A stretch of 35,515 nt of DNA. It comes from a virus (lineage: Duplodnaviria; Caudoviricetes). The DNA lies in the IMG/VR virus record IMGVR_UViG_3300027963_000015, positions 1 to 35,515 of that record, one strand, 5' to 3'. Positions 35,484-35,515 of the stretch are shown piece after piece. Position numbers and translations under genes: made by a program. Below the pieces are notes generated by a model that worked only from the letters and a program-made list of their open reading frames with translations, made no database searches and had not been told where the DNA came from. Each line of letters starts with the position of its first letter. Position 1 is the stretch's first letter.

Positions 35484-35515
35484 ATTAGACTTTCTCTACG
35501 ACCTTTGGTTTACGA
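35389..35515. repeat. Terminal direct repeat, copy 2
   Basis: Identical to 1-127. Confidence 0.95.

Noticed and set aside
1-35515. Alternative genetic code
   Set aside because: Core genes are intact in the standard code and all three stop codons terminate genes

Overview
This window is an apparently complete, circularly permuted genome of a small tailed dsDNA phage (~35,388 bp). Bases 1-127 are an exact copy of 35389-35515, which is the usual assembly overlap. The gene content is podovirus-like. The minus strand carries cro, a short replication-initiator-like protein, a C5 methyltransferase, nucleases, an ART-like protein, a ParB-methylase, TerS, TerL, portal, a fibre, a glycosyltransferase, scaffold, major capsid, adaptor, nozzle, a GNAT protein, ejection proteins, fibre cassettes, holin and a GH108 endolysin. 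A plus-strand early arm (SSB-like protein, PD-(D/E)XK exonuclease, small membrane peptides) diverges from cro, and an isolated plus-strand phosphoesterase/SprT-like pair sits at 15.4-16.8 kb. I found no integrase, CI repressor, DNA polymerase, helicase, primase, tRNA or CRISPR array. A proteobacterial host is inferred from sigma70-type promoters and a degenerate LexA box. The most notable items are: (1) a ~400-nt ORF-free, highly structured element (19745-20155) with loop/bulge long-range pairings, lying where the N-terminal part of a replication initiator would be expected; (2) a cluster of three structured small RNAs (22338-22549), the first being a C4-like two-loop antisense RNA with a matching bipartite target at a downstream RBS; (3) a heterodimeric M.EcoHK31I-type C5 methyltransferase encoded by two nested frames; (4) a TPR-glycosyltransferase that appears to need a non-canonical start; (5) three tandem paralogous fibre-tip cassettes; (6) apparent GATC avoidance. 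All functional calls come from motif recognition by eye; no database searches were run.
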